Assembly: GCA_964641295.1 (NCBI GenBank)
Contig: CAZXNA010000001.1
Location: forward strand, 19,256-83,255
From: an uncultured Thermoanaerobaculia bacterium
GTDB lineage: Bacteria > Acidobacteriota > Thermoanaerobaculia > Thermoanaerobaculales > Sulfomarinibacteraceae
DNA: 64,000 nt
Direction: 5' to 3'
Shown: positions 43,998 through 52,816 of the stretch, piece by piece
How the letters are laid out: the number at the start of each line of letters is the position of its first letter
Position numbering within the stretch: the first letter of the stretch is position 1
The notes under the pieces: generated by a model
Told to the model about the DNA's origin: nothing
What the model saw: the letters and a program-made list of their open reading frames with translations, nothing else
The model's database searches: none
Translations under genes and position numbers: made by a program

Positions 43998-45169
43998 CGC
44001 CGGCTCCTCAGACCGGCCAGCTCCAAGCCGGCCGCCAGGGACGGCAGGGCCAGGCGGCGGCGCGGGACCAGGGGCAGCCTGGGCAGGGTGCGGACGAGGG
44101 GCTCGGCCACGCGGGGCCAGCGCCAGTCGTCCCGGCTCGCGGCGATGGCCTTCCGGCAACGCAGCTGCTCCCGTTCCGAGGCCATCAGCTCCATGGCGGC
44201 GGCCACGGCCTTGGGACGGTGGACGGGCACCACGGCGCCCCAGCCGAGCTCTCGGGTCAGCTCGGCGACCGCGCCCCCCTCGCTGAGCAGGAGCGGGACC
44301 CCGGCCCAGACGCCGTCAAGGGCCCGGGTCCGGAAGGCCAGCTTCGCCTCTTCCCCCGGATGGTGGAGGACCGCCAGAAGGGTTGCCCGGTTGAGGAGGC
44401 GGTGGCGCTGGGCGTAGGGGAGCCAGGTCTCCAGCGGCAGCACCTGGGGCGGCTTCAGGCCATGGCGTTGGGCCATGTGCAGCAGGGTCTCCCGGTCCAT
44501 GGCCGGCGCGAAACCCCCGGGACGCGCCGTGGCCGGCACGACGAGGGCGAGGGGGGCGTCGCCCAGTCGGGCCCGGGCCGCCAGGAGCGTCTCCAGGTCC
44601 AGCCAGGGCCAGACCCCGCCCCACCACAGGACCATGGCCCAGTCGTCGGGCAGGTCCGGTGGGGACCAGACCTCCTGCGGTGGGTCGTCCTCGGGGATCC
44701 CGAAGGGCACGTCGAGCACGGGAACCCCGGGACGGCCGGCTCGCTCGAGAACATCATGCCACCAGGCGGCCTGGGCCTCACCGGCGGCCAGCACGGCGTC
44801 GGCCCGCGCCAGGACGAGGGGCAGGCGGGCCCGTGCGGTGGCCCGGCGCCGCCGGATCTCCGGCGTGTCCAGTGTGGCGTTGAGCTCCGCCAACAGGGGG
44901 GTCACGCCGTCGACGATCAGGATCCGTTTGCCGAGGAATGCCAGGGGCGGCAGGTTCCACGGTGGGCTGAGGATCGCCTCGGCATGACGGAGCGGGGCGC
45001 CCACTGTAACGGTCGGGCCGCCGGGCCCCGGAGCCTCGGAACCCCGGCCTCCGCCAACCCTCACCCGGTGCCCGGCGGCGGCCAGGACCCGGCCCAGCTC
45101 CCAGGCGCGGAGGGCCGACCCGGCCATGGCCGGTCCGACGCGGTCGTCGGTCAGAACGGTGATCCTCAT
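43991..45169 (-). CDS. glycosyltransferase, GT1/GT4-like (GT-B fold)
   Basis: ORF 43991..45820 trimmed to ATG 45169 (GGAGG upstream; ATGA overlap with the upstream stop). MRITVLTDDRVGPAMAGSALRAWELGRVLAAAGHRVRV, and a C-terminal ...LDGVWAGVPLLLSEGGAVAEL block. Confidence 0.6.
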   Translation of the reverse strand: MRITVLTDDRVGPAMAGSALRAWELGRVLAAAGHRVRVGGGRGSEAPGPGGPTVTVGAPLRHAEAILSPPWNLPPLAFLGKRILIVDGVTPLLAELNATLDTPEIRRRRATARARLPLVLARADAVLAAGEAQAAWWHDVLERAGRPGVPVLDVPFGIPEDDPPQEVWSPPDLPDDWAMVLWWGGVWPWLDLETLLAARARLGDAPLALVVPATARPGGFAPAMDRETLLHMAQRHGLKPPQVLPLETWLPYAQRHRLLNRATLLAVLHHPGEEAKLAFRTRALDGVWAGVPLLLSEGGAVAELTRELGWGAVVPVHRPKAVAAAMELMASEREQLRCRKAIAASRDDWRWPRVAEPLVRTLPRLPLVPRRRLALPSLAAGLELAGLRSRRW

Positions 45170-46089
45170 GGGGCCTCCAGGGGCAACCCGTCGAGACGGG
45201 GGCCGGGTGTCCTCCGGGACAAGCTCGTACCGACCAGCCAGGGCCACGCAGCCGCCACGGCCACGCCCACGACCGGGGCCCGCCAGTTGTCGCGACTGAT
45301 GGTGCGGAGGGCCCGGAGCTCCCCACGGAGCAGCCGGGGAAGGCTCCGGAGGAAGGCCCGGGCACCGAGATTCCCCGCCAGGGTCCGCCAGCGGTTGGCC
45401 AGGAGCCACCACGGGTGGCGCCAGGCGAGGCGCGATCCCGAGGCCGAACCCAAGTGGCGACAGGGCGCGCCGGGAACCCAGAGGGCGTTCCATCCCAGCC
45501 GCCCGAGGCGCAGGCCCAGGTCCAGATCCTCGTGGTAGGCCCCGAAGGATTCGTCGAGGACCTTTCCCGAGGGGAGGGCGGCAGCATGGAGCGCCTCCCG
45601 GCGGAAAAGGACAGCCGTGCCCGAGACGGCCAGGCGGAGGACCGGCGCATCCGGCTCGGGTCCCGCGGGCTCGCCCCGATCCACCTGGACGGGCAGGCCG
45701 AACCGGTCCAGGGCGATACCGCGCCCGTCGACGGTGGTGCCGGCGGCATCGGTGACGGTGCCCTGGATGGCGGCGGCGCGGGGCTGCCTCCTCATTGCCG
45801 CCTCCAGGGTGCCGAGCCACGCCGGCGCAGGAAGGGCGTCGTCGTTGAGCACGGCCACCGTTGGCGCGTCCCCGGCCGCTTCGAGGCCCCGGTTGACGGC
45901 GGCGGCGAACCCCAGGCGACGGGGGGAGCTGAGGACCTCCACGGGAGCCGGCAGCTCGATCCCGGCCGCGGCTCCCGAGGCCACCACGAGTATCCGCTCC
46001 ACGGGGGGGGTCTGGGCCTCCAGGGCCTCGAGGCAGGCGGTCAGCGTGGGTGCACCCACGGTGGGGACAACTACGGGAGGCGGGCTCAC
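45166..46089 (-). CDS. glycosyltransferase family 2
   Basis: ORF 45166..48423 trimmed to GTG 46089 (GGAGG upstream; GTGA overlap with the upstream stop). VVVPTVGAPTLTACLEALEAQT...AAAVNRGLE...VAVLNDDALP...YHEDLDLGLRL. Confidence 0.75.
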   Translation of the reverse strand: MSPPPVVVPTVGAPTLTACLEALEAQTPPVERILVVASGAAAGIELPAPVEVLSSPRRLGFAAAVNRGLEAAGDAPTVAVLNDDALPAPAWLGTLEAAMRRQPRAAAIQGTVTDAAGTTVDGRGIALDRFGLPVQVDRGEPAGPEPDAPVLRLAVSGTAVLFRREALHAAALPSGKVLDESFGAYHEDLDLGLRLGRLGWNALWVPGAPCRHLGSASGSRLAWRHPWWLLANRWRTLAGNLGARAFLRSLPRLLRGELRALRTISRDNWRAPVVGVAVAAAWPWLVGTSLSRRTPGPRLDGLPLEAP

Positions 46090-49000
46090 CGGGAGGCCTC
46101 CACGCGGTCGATCAGCACGGCTGTCCCCGGTGGACCATCCCACCGGAGGCGGAGGGAAGCCCTTCCGGGGACCGGTACCGGTGGCAGGGGAAGGCGACGC
46201 CAGCCCTCCCCGGCCCAGCGGAGGGCCGAGAGGGAGCCGGAGCCCCAGTCCGCCAACAGGCGTCCGCCGCCTGGAGCCTTCATGCTTCCCCGTACGCGGA
46301 CGAACAGACGGGCGTGCCGCGGCGGCCGCCAGGGGATGGCCAGGGATTGGCCGGGCTCCAGGCGCCAGGAGATGGCGTGGGCCGCCCGGAAGAAGGCGCC
46401 GGGCGGTGGGTCGGCATGCCCGCCGTGGTGAACCACCTGGGGATCCTCGGCATGAACGCGCCACTCGGGCAGCTCCACGGCGGCCGCCAGGCCTCCGGCC
46501 AGGGCGGCGATGGTGAGAGCCGCCGCGGCCACCCGGTGGGTGGGACGGCGCGACCACGCCCACGCCAGGGCGACGAAGAGCGCCGGGAAGGCCAGGGCTG
46601 CAACGTTGGGCCGGATGAGGGAGGGGAAGAGGCGGCGTCCGCCGACGGTCAGGGCCCGGGAAAGGGAATCGGCCAGCCACCACCCGCCGTCCCCGGGGTT
46701 GAACCACCACAGTGGCCGGGTAACGGCCACCCAGGCGGCCAGAGCACCGAGGGGGAGCACGAGCCGGACCAGACGCCGTCCCCGGGCCGAGCCCATGGTC
46801 TCGACCAGGGCGAGAAGGGCCAGGGGCAGAACGGGCGCCAGGTAGCGCACGGGCGGCGAGCCGCCCCCGTACCACTCTCCGCGGGGCGCCAAGGCAAAGA
46901 CCGTCAGGGCGGCCCCGGCGATCAATGCCCGTTCGCCCGGGCCTCCGCGCCGCCAGACCGACGGCAGAAAGGCCAGGGCCACCAGCCAAAGGGGGGCGGC
47001 GAAGGCCAGGCCGGCCGAGGCGTCCCACAGAAGTCCCCACAGACCGCGGCCGAAGGCCACGGGGTCCGATGGAACCAGCTCGCCCAGGGAGTGTCGGCCC
47101 AGTGGACCGCCCAGGAGCAGGGCGACGCCGGTCAGGGCCAGCATGGCCGCCGCTGCGGTGACGAGGACGGCACGGCGGCTCCGGCCCCGGAAGCCGGCGA
47201 CGGCCGCGAGGGGCAAGGTCAACAGTCCCAGGCGGACCTTGACCAGGAGGGAGAGGCCGGCGGCGGCGGCGGCGGTGAGAGGCGCAGGCCGCGCGGCCGC
47301 CAGGAGGAGCAGGGCGGCCGCCGCGGCCCCGAAGGCCGCGGGCCACAGTTGGGTGCCATAAATCAGGGCGGGACATCCGAGCAGCACGAGCCCCCAGGCC
47401 GTGTCCACGGAGAGCCGTGAGGCTCCCAGCTCCGCCGCTCGTCGGGCGGCCGCCCACGCCGCCAGGGCCATGAGGAAGGCCACGGTCAGCAGGGCGCCGC
47501 CCATGCCCAGGGTGATGTAACCGGGCAGGGCGACCAGGGCGGGCAGTGGGGAGTGGATCAGCTGGCTTCCGTGGGGGCTGTAGATGACCTCGGAGGGCTT
47601 GGTGGGGTCGATGTTGTTGGAGATGTCCAGGTCGTGATCGGCCACGAGGCTGCGGTCGATCAGGAGCTGGTAGACCTCGTCGCCCGCGGGGTGGCGCAGC
47701 AGGGGCTGGGCAAGGGCCAGGGGCGCCAGAATGAGGAAGCCAGCCAGGAGCTTCCGGTTCCGCAGGTGGCGGAGGGCGAGGAGGCCGGCGAGGAAGGCCA
47801 CGACGGCCAGGTCGGCCACATCCCGGAAGGCGGGGCGTGCGAGGGGCGCGAAGCCCGATCCGGCGGCAAAAAGTCCCGCGAGCACGACGGTCAGCCCGAG
47901 GGTCGCGGGGAGCGTCGCGCTCCGGGGAACCAGGAGGGCCGCCAGGAGGAGCAGGAGGACACCGCCCATCAGTGCGGCCAGGCGTCTGCGCCGGTGCTTC
48001 CACCGCTCCAAGGGTTCCATGCGAACGACGGTGGATCGCCGGGCCTCGAGGATCGTCTGGCCGGGGACCTTCCGCGTGGACACCCCACGGAGAACGATCC
48101 CGGCGCGGCGGCCCCGGCCGGAAGCCAACATCAGAGGGTGGCGAGGCTGCGACCCGGGAACCGGAAGGTCCCGGCCCAGGCGGAGCGCTCCGGAAGTCCC
48201 GTCCACGAAGGCCAGCGCCTCGGTGCCGGCTTTCTCCGGGGAACCCACGGCCTGGGCCAGGAATACGGCGCCCCCGGCGGGCACGGTGATCCCCTGTCCT
48301 GGTTCCAGGTGCCGGTCTCCACCCTCGACGGGGGTGGTCCAGATGAGCCCTGCCACCGCCAGGACCCAGGCCAGCCGGGCGGCCCGGTGGGGAATGAGCG
48401 ACAGGAGCAACGCCGCCGTCCATCCCGCCGCCAGGAGGGCCGTCGACGCAACCAGGGGAGGGGGCGAGCCCCAGAGGGCCCCGAGGATGACCACTGTCGA
48501 GGCACCAAAGGACCAGGGGAGGGATCGCTGCACGGCCCCGTTTCCGGAAATCCGGACGCCTGGCAACGCGGCCAGCCAGAGGGCCGCGGCCGCCGCGCCG
48601 AGCCAGGGCCCACCACCGAGGAAGGGCAGCGCCAGGAGCCCCACACCCAGGACGTCACGGGCGTCACCCTCGGAAGAGCGGCGGGATGCCAGACCGAGCA
48701 CGGCGGCCGGCAGAAGAAAGGGCAGCGCCACGGCCGAGAGGGGCAGGATGGAGGCCATGACGGCCGGCGAGGGCCAGGAGAGCAGGGAGACGCCGGGTGG
48801 CAGCCGCCAGAGCGCCAGGCCGGCGGCCGGCAGGAGCAAGAGCAACGGCCATGGACTGCGTCGCCTGCGGGCGAGACCGGTCAGGAGCCCGGCGCCCAGG
48901 GCGAGGCCCGCTGGGGGCAGGAGGGAGGCCACCATGGCCAGTACGGCGGCCTCGCGAACCCGGCCATGCCGCAGGGAGAGCAGACCACCGGCCAGGATGG

Positions 49001-49556
49001 GCGGCAACAGCCAGGCCAGGGCATGGGCCGGCCCAACGGCGGCGGCCGCGGCCACGGCGCCGGCCAGGGCCAGGAGAGGTCCTGTCATGGGGACGAGAAG
49101 GGCGGCGGTCAGGGGCGGTCCCGCCAGGACCATGGCCGCCTTGAGGGGCCAGAGGGGCGCTCCGAAGGTGCCCGTGGCCAGGATCACGCCGGCCACGGCA
49201 GCCCCCAGGACGGCCAGGCGGGTCCGTGTGGCGTGGTCTGCCCTGGGCCACGCCCCGGCCAGGGAGAGGCCCGTGGCGGCCACGGCGCCGGCCAGGGCGA
49301 TCAGGTCCCGGTGGGCGGCGGGCTCGGCAATGGTCCAGGCGACGGCCACGCCGCTCAGCGTCAGGCCGGCGAGAAGTCCGCCGAAGGCGCCGCGGCCGCG
49401 GGCCAGCCGCTGGACGAAGCCGACTCCCAGCACCACGGCCAGCACGGCGGCGCCGGCCACGAGGGGATCGGCCCGGCCGGTGCGGACCAGGAGGGCTGCG
49501 AAGACTGCGAAGGCCGCGGGGAGGCCCCAGCTACCGGCGGATCGGCTTGGATCCAT
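46086..49556 (-). CDS. very large polytopic membrane protein; the C-terminal half resembles GT-C (ArnT/PMT-like) glycosyltransferases, the N-terminal half is an uncharacterised multi-TM module
   Basis: ORF 46086..49715; the likely start is ATG 49556 (MDPSRSAGSWGLPAAFAVFAALLV), since 49715 would overlap the divergent gene. It has many Ala/Leu/Gly-rich hydrophobic segments in two blocks separated by a soluble ~120-aa segment. The second block opens with LRHPAGDEVYQLLIDRSL (acidic loop motif) and ends in a ~200-aa soluble domain. Confidence 0.55.
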   Translation of the reverse strand: MDPSRSAGSWGLPAAFAVFAALLVRTGRADPLVAGAAVLAVVLGVGFVQRLARGRGAFGGLLAGLTLSGVAVAWTIAEPAAHRDLIALAGAVAATGLSLAGAWPRADHATRTRLAVLGAAVAGVILATGTFGAPLWPLKAAMVLAGPPLTAALLVPMTGPLLALAGAVAAAAAVGPAHALAWLLPPILAGGLLSLRHGRVREAAVLAMVASLLPPAGLALGAGLLTGLARRRRSPWPLLLLLPAAGLALWRLPPGVSLLSWPSPAVMASILPLSAVALPFLLPAAVLGLASRRSSEGDARDVLGVGLLALPFLGGGPWLGAAAAALWLAALPGVRISGNGAVQRSLPWSFGASTVVILGALWGSPPPLVASTALLAAGWTAALLLSLIPHRAARLAWVLAVAGLIWTTPVEGGDRHLEPGQGITVPAGGAVFLAQAVGSPEKAGTEALAFVDGTSGALRLGRDLPVPGSQPRHPLMLASGRGRRAGIVLRGVSTRKVPGQTILEARRSTVVRMEPLERWKHRRRRLAALMGGVLLLLLAALLVPRSATLPATLGLTVVLAGLFAAGSGFAPLARPAFRDVADLAVVAFLAGLLALRHLRNRKLLAGFLILAPLALAQPLLRHPAGDEVYQLLIDRSLVADHDLDISNNIDPTKPSEVIYSPHGSQLIHSPLPALVALPGYITLGMGGALLTVAFLMALAAWAAARRAAELGASRLSVDTAWGLVLLGCPALIYGTQLWPAAFGAAAAALLLLAAARPAPLTAAAAAGLSLLVKVRLGLLTLPLAAVAGFRGRSRRAVLVTAAAAMLALTGVALLLGGPLGRHSLGELVPSDPVAFGRGLWGLLWDASAGLAFAAPLWLVALAFLPSVWRRGGPGERALIAGAALTVFALAPRGEWYGGGSPPVRYLAPVLPLALLALVETMGSARGRRLVRLVLPLGALAAWVAVTRPLWWFNPGDGGWWLADSLSRALTVGGRRLFPSLIRPNVAALAFPALFVALAWAWSRRPTHRVAAAALTIAALAGGLAAAVELPEWRVHAEDPQVVHHGGHADPPPGAFFRAAHAISWRLEPGQSLAIPWRPPRHARLFVRVRGSMKAPGGGRLLADWGSGSLSALRWAGEGWRRLPLPPVPVPGRASLRLRWDGPPGTAVLIDRVEASR

Positions 49557-49683
49557 GGGGTGCCAGTATATCCCGCCTGGCCCGAGACCTTGACGGAGAA
49601 GGGAACGTCGTTTGGATCGAGGTATTACATGGTCCCGGCCGGCGGCACCGTGGGGAAGGGTCTGCGGCCGGTAGAATGCATCC

Positions 49684-50865
49684 ATGTCCAGCGGAGCCCG
49701 CGTCGCCCTCTTCATCGCCCTTGTCCTGGGGGTTTGGAGCCTGGAACATCTTTACGTCGGGTGGAGGTTGCTCAACCTGCCGTGGCTCGCCCGGTGTGGG
49801 GGCGGCCGTGGCGTGCTCCTGCTTCTGATCACCGGCTTCTTGGCGTACCCCCTGGGGCGCATCCTCTGGCACGCATGGCGGGTGCCGCTGGCGCCGACCC
49901 TCGAGTGGATCGGGGCCGTGTGGATGGGGGTGCTCTTCCTGCTGCTGGCCTTCTTGCTGCTGGCAGAGCTGCTGAGCCTCGGCGGCCTGGTGGGGGCATC
50001 CCTGACCACGGCGATCCGCTCGGGAGCCGTCGTGGCGGCACTGTTGGCCTCCGCCGTGGGCCTTCACGGGGGTCTCCGCCGCCCGCGCGTGGTGCGCGTC
50101 GAGGTTGCGTTGCCCGGTCTACCCGGGGCGCTCGATGGGCTGAGGCTCCTCCAGCTCTCCGACCTTCACCTGGGCACCCTCACGGGCCGGCGTTTCGTCG
50201 ATTCCCTGGTGGATCTTGCCCACGGCCTCGACCCCGACCTCATCGCCGTCAGCGGCGACCTCTTCGACAGCGATGCGGAAACCGTCGAGGAGCTGGTGCC
50301 GCACCTCAAGCGCCTGCAGGCGCGGCGTGGCGTCTTCGCCGTCCTGGGTAACCACGAGTACTATGCGGGCGCCGAGCGGTGCACACGGCTCATGGAGGCG
50401 GCCGGTCTGGTCGTCCTCGACAACGAGGCCCGGCAGGTGGCGCCGGGCCTGTGGTTGGCGGGGATTCCCTACCGTCGAGGGGCGGGGCAGGCCGGTCGGC
50501 CGGGAGCCGATCTCCGGGCCGCTCTTGCGGTGGTCCCCGAGGAATCGGCGGTCGTGTTGCTCCAGCACGCGCCCGAGCGGGAGGAGGAAGCGGCCGCGGC
50601 AGGGGTTGGCCTGATGCTCTGCGGCCACACCCACGGCGGCCAGATCTGGCCGTTCCACCTGCTGGTGCGAAGGAGGTACCCCCATCTGGCCGGCATCTAC
50701 AAGGTCGGCGCCATGACCGAGATTGTCAGCCGTGGAGCCGGCCGCTGGGGCCCCCCCATGCGCCTTCTGGCGCCGGCCGACGTGGTGCTCGTCACCCTCC
50801 GTCAGCCGCGGGGCATGGGGAGAAGCGCGCCGCCGGACACCGGCAGGTCGACACCGGTCAGGTGA
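49684..50865 (+). CDS. membrane-anchored metallophosphoesterase (calcineurin-like)
   Basis: N-terminal TM helices, then the motifs LSDLHLG, SGDLFDS, LGNHEYY and CGHTHGGQ. The 3' end overlaps the convergent SDR gene by 64 nt. Confidence 0.85.
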   Translation: MSSGARVALFIALVLGVWSLEHLYVGWRLLNLPWLARCGGGRGVLLLLITGFLAYPLGRILWHAWRVPLAPTLEWIGAVWMGVLFLLLAFLLLAELLSLGGLVGASLTTAIRSGAVVAALLASAVGLHGGLRRPRVVRVEVALPGLPGALDGLRLLQLSDLHLGTLTGRRFVDSLVDLAHGLDPDLIAVSGDLFDSDAETVEELVPHLKRLQARRGVFAVLGNHEYYAGAERCTRLMEAAGLVVLDNEARQVAPGLWLAGIPYRRGAGQAGRPGADLRAALAVVPEESAVVLLQHAPEREEEAAAAGVGLMLCGHTHGGQIWPFHLLVRRRYPHLAGIYKVGAMTEIVSRGAGRWGPPMRLLAPADVVLVTLRQPRGMGRSAPPDTGRSTPVR

Positions 50866-51572
50866 CGGCCCGCCCGGTCGTCGGCCAGGAAGGCGACGGC
50901 CTCGGCCACATCCTCGGGTTCGGCGATCCTCCGCAGCGGAACGCCGCGGACGATCCGCTCCTCCCTTCCCTCCTGGGCCAGTGCCGGCTCGGCCATGGCG
51001 GTCCGGACCCAGCCGGGTGAGACCAGGTTGACGCGGAAGGCGGGCGCCAGCTCCTGGGCCAGGGACTGGACCAGTCCCCAGAGGGCGGCCTTGGAGCCGG
51101 CGTAGTGGGAGTGTCCCGGCTCACCCCGTTCACCGGCCGTGGAGCCGATGAAGATCATCGCTCCACGGTCCACGCCGCGGCACATCTCGCGCGCCAGGAA
51201 GTAGGCGGAGAAGGTATTGGTCCGGAACATCTCCTCGAGGGTCGCCTCTGTGAGGGTCGCGATGGCACCGTCGTTCCAGATCCCGGCCGAGTGGACGAGA
51301 ACCTCGAAGGGACCGGCCGCCCGAACGGCCCGGATGCATCCCTCCTCGGTCGCCAGGTCGGCCTGGACGGGCACGACGCGATCCTCGCCGTGCTCCCGGG
51401 CCAACTCCTCCACCGGCATCGGCTGGCGGTGGTACTGGGCGACGACCCGGGCGCCCCGGTCGAGGAAGAGCCGTGCGCAGGCCAGGCCGATCCCCGAGGA
51501 GGCGCCGGTGACGAGGACGGTCCGTGGGGCGGTGGAATCAACGGGCCGGGGGACGGGTTTCGAGGTCTTCAT
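50802..51572 (-). CDS. short-chain dehydrogenase/reductase (classical SDR)
   Basis: VLVTGASSGIGLACA (TGxxxGxG), catalytic YAGSKAAL. The ATG lies 5 nt after the GAPDH-like stop, with GGAG upstream. Confidence 0.88.
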   Translation of the reverse strand: MKTSKPVPRPVDSTAPRTVLVTGASSGIGLACARLFLDRGARVVAQYHRQPMPVEELAREHGEDRVVPVQADLATEEGCIRAVRAAGPFEVLVHSAGIWNDGAIATLTEATLEEMFRTNTFSAYFLAREMCRGVDRGAMIFIGSTAGERGEPGHSHYAGSKAALWGLVQSLAQELAPAFRVNLVSPGWVRTAMAEPALAQEGREERIVRGVPLRRIAEPEDVAEAVAFLADDRAGRHLTGVDLPVSGGALLPMPRG

Positions 51573-51577
51573 GGGGT

Positions 51578-52816
51578 CTACTCCAAGCTGTCGGCGATGT
51601 GGTGGCAGAGCTTGGACATCCTCCGGCTGTAGGAGCCCAGCTCGTTGTCGTACCAGCCGGCGATCTTGGCGTGAGTGACGGGGATTTCCGCCGAGGGCGG
51701 CGTGCCCTCGAGGCCCGGGAGGCGGAGCTTGCCCAGGTCGATCCGCAGCATCCCCGTGCGCGTGTGGGTCTCGACGGCCTCGATGGTTACGGCGGCCTCG
51801 TGGCCGATCATGTCGGTGGAGACGTTCTGGCGCTCGCTGTAGACGACGCCGCTGTCAGGGAGCTCGGCGTACTGCCGGTAGATCTCGTTCAGGGTCTCCC
51901 GCCGGATGACGCTGTCGCCGCGCTCGTCCAGCTCCGTCTGGAAGGTGCAGTTGAGGATGATGAGGGAGGCCGTCTGGATGGGGACACGGACCGAGTCGGC
52001 GATGAAACCGACGTCCCGGATGGTGGGGATGACGTGCTCCAGGGCCCGGGCGGCCCCCGTGGAAGTCAAGATGATGTTGTTGAGGGCCGAACGGGTCTTC
52101 CGAAGATCCTTGGCGCCGGCCTTGGGCACACTGTCGAGCACGCTCTGGCTGTTGGTGGCGGCGTGGATGGTCGACATGGCCGCCGTCAGCATGTTCCGGG
52201 TCAGCTCGTGGTTGAGCAGGGGGAGCATCATGTGGGCCAGGGCCGTGGTCGTGCAGGAGGCCGCGGAGACCATGCTGTGGACGCCGGGATCGAAGGCGTG
52301 GTGGTTGATGCCGTAGATGAACATGGCGGCGTCTTCGGGCCACCGCCCCTCAAGGCCCTTGACCTTGAAGGCGGCGCTGACGACCACCGCCCGCGCCCCG
52401 GCCTCCAGGTGGCCGCGCAGGCTTCCCTTGGGATCGTCGGAGGGGGCGTTGGGGTCGAGGAAGGCGCCGGTGGTGTCGACCACCAGGTCGACCCCGTGGG
52501 TACCCCAGCCGATCTCCCGCGGGTTGCGGTGCTCCGTCAGGATCTCCACCCGGATCCCCTCGACGTCCAGGACCGGCGGCGAGGACTGGACAACGCGGAT
52601 GCAGCGTGTCGAGCCCTTGTTGCCGTGGAGAAAGACCCCCAGGCTGCCGTAGGTGCTGTCGTTCTCCAGGTACTGGACCACGTCATCGACGCTCCGGCCC
52701 ACCGGCCGCCCCACATTGACCACGAGCCGGCCGAAACGCCTCTCCGAGATCTCGTTCCATACGGTCAGCTTGCCGATGCGTCCCAGTCCGTTGATTCCAA
52801 GAGTCTTCTCGCTCAC
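51578..52816 (-). CDS. glyceraldehyde-3-phosphate dehydrogenase family protein, long form (412 aa)
   Basis: NAD motif GINGLGRIGKL, catalytic Cys block SAASCTTTAL, TIHAATNSQ, LTSTGAARAL and WYDNE, with several insertions relative to ~335-aa GapA. GTG start (GGGGAGG upstream) overlaps the upstream stop as GTGA. Confidence 0.8.
   Translation of the reverse strand: MSEKTLGINGLGRIGKLTVWNEISERRFGRLVVNVGRPVGRSVDDVVQYLENDSTYGSLGVFLHGNKGSTRCIRVVQSSPPVLDVEGIRVEILTEHRNPREIGWGTHGVDLVVDTTGAFLDPNAPSDDPKGSLRGHLEAGARAVVVSAAFKVKGLEGRWPEDAAMFIYGINHHAFDPGVHSMVSAASCTTTALAHMMLPLLNHELTRNMLTAAMSTIHAATNSQSVLDSVPKAGAKDLRKTRSALNNIILTSTGAARALEHVIPTIRDVGFIADSVRVPIQTASLIILNCTFQTELDERGDSVIRRETLNEIYRQYAELPDSGVVYSERQNVSTDMIGHEAAVTIEAVETHTRTGMLRIDLGKLRLPGLEGTPPSAEIPVTHAKIAGWYDNELGSYSRRMSKLCHHIADSLE

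Noticed and set aside
47553-50351. 932-aa and 620-aa plus-strand ORFs over the giant membrane-protein gene
   Set aside because: The translations are Gly/Arg/Pro/Glu-rich with no hydrophobic pattern. They are antisense to a frame with consistent TM-segment periodicity that is coupled to downstream GT genes.
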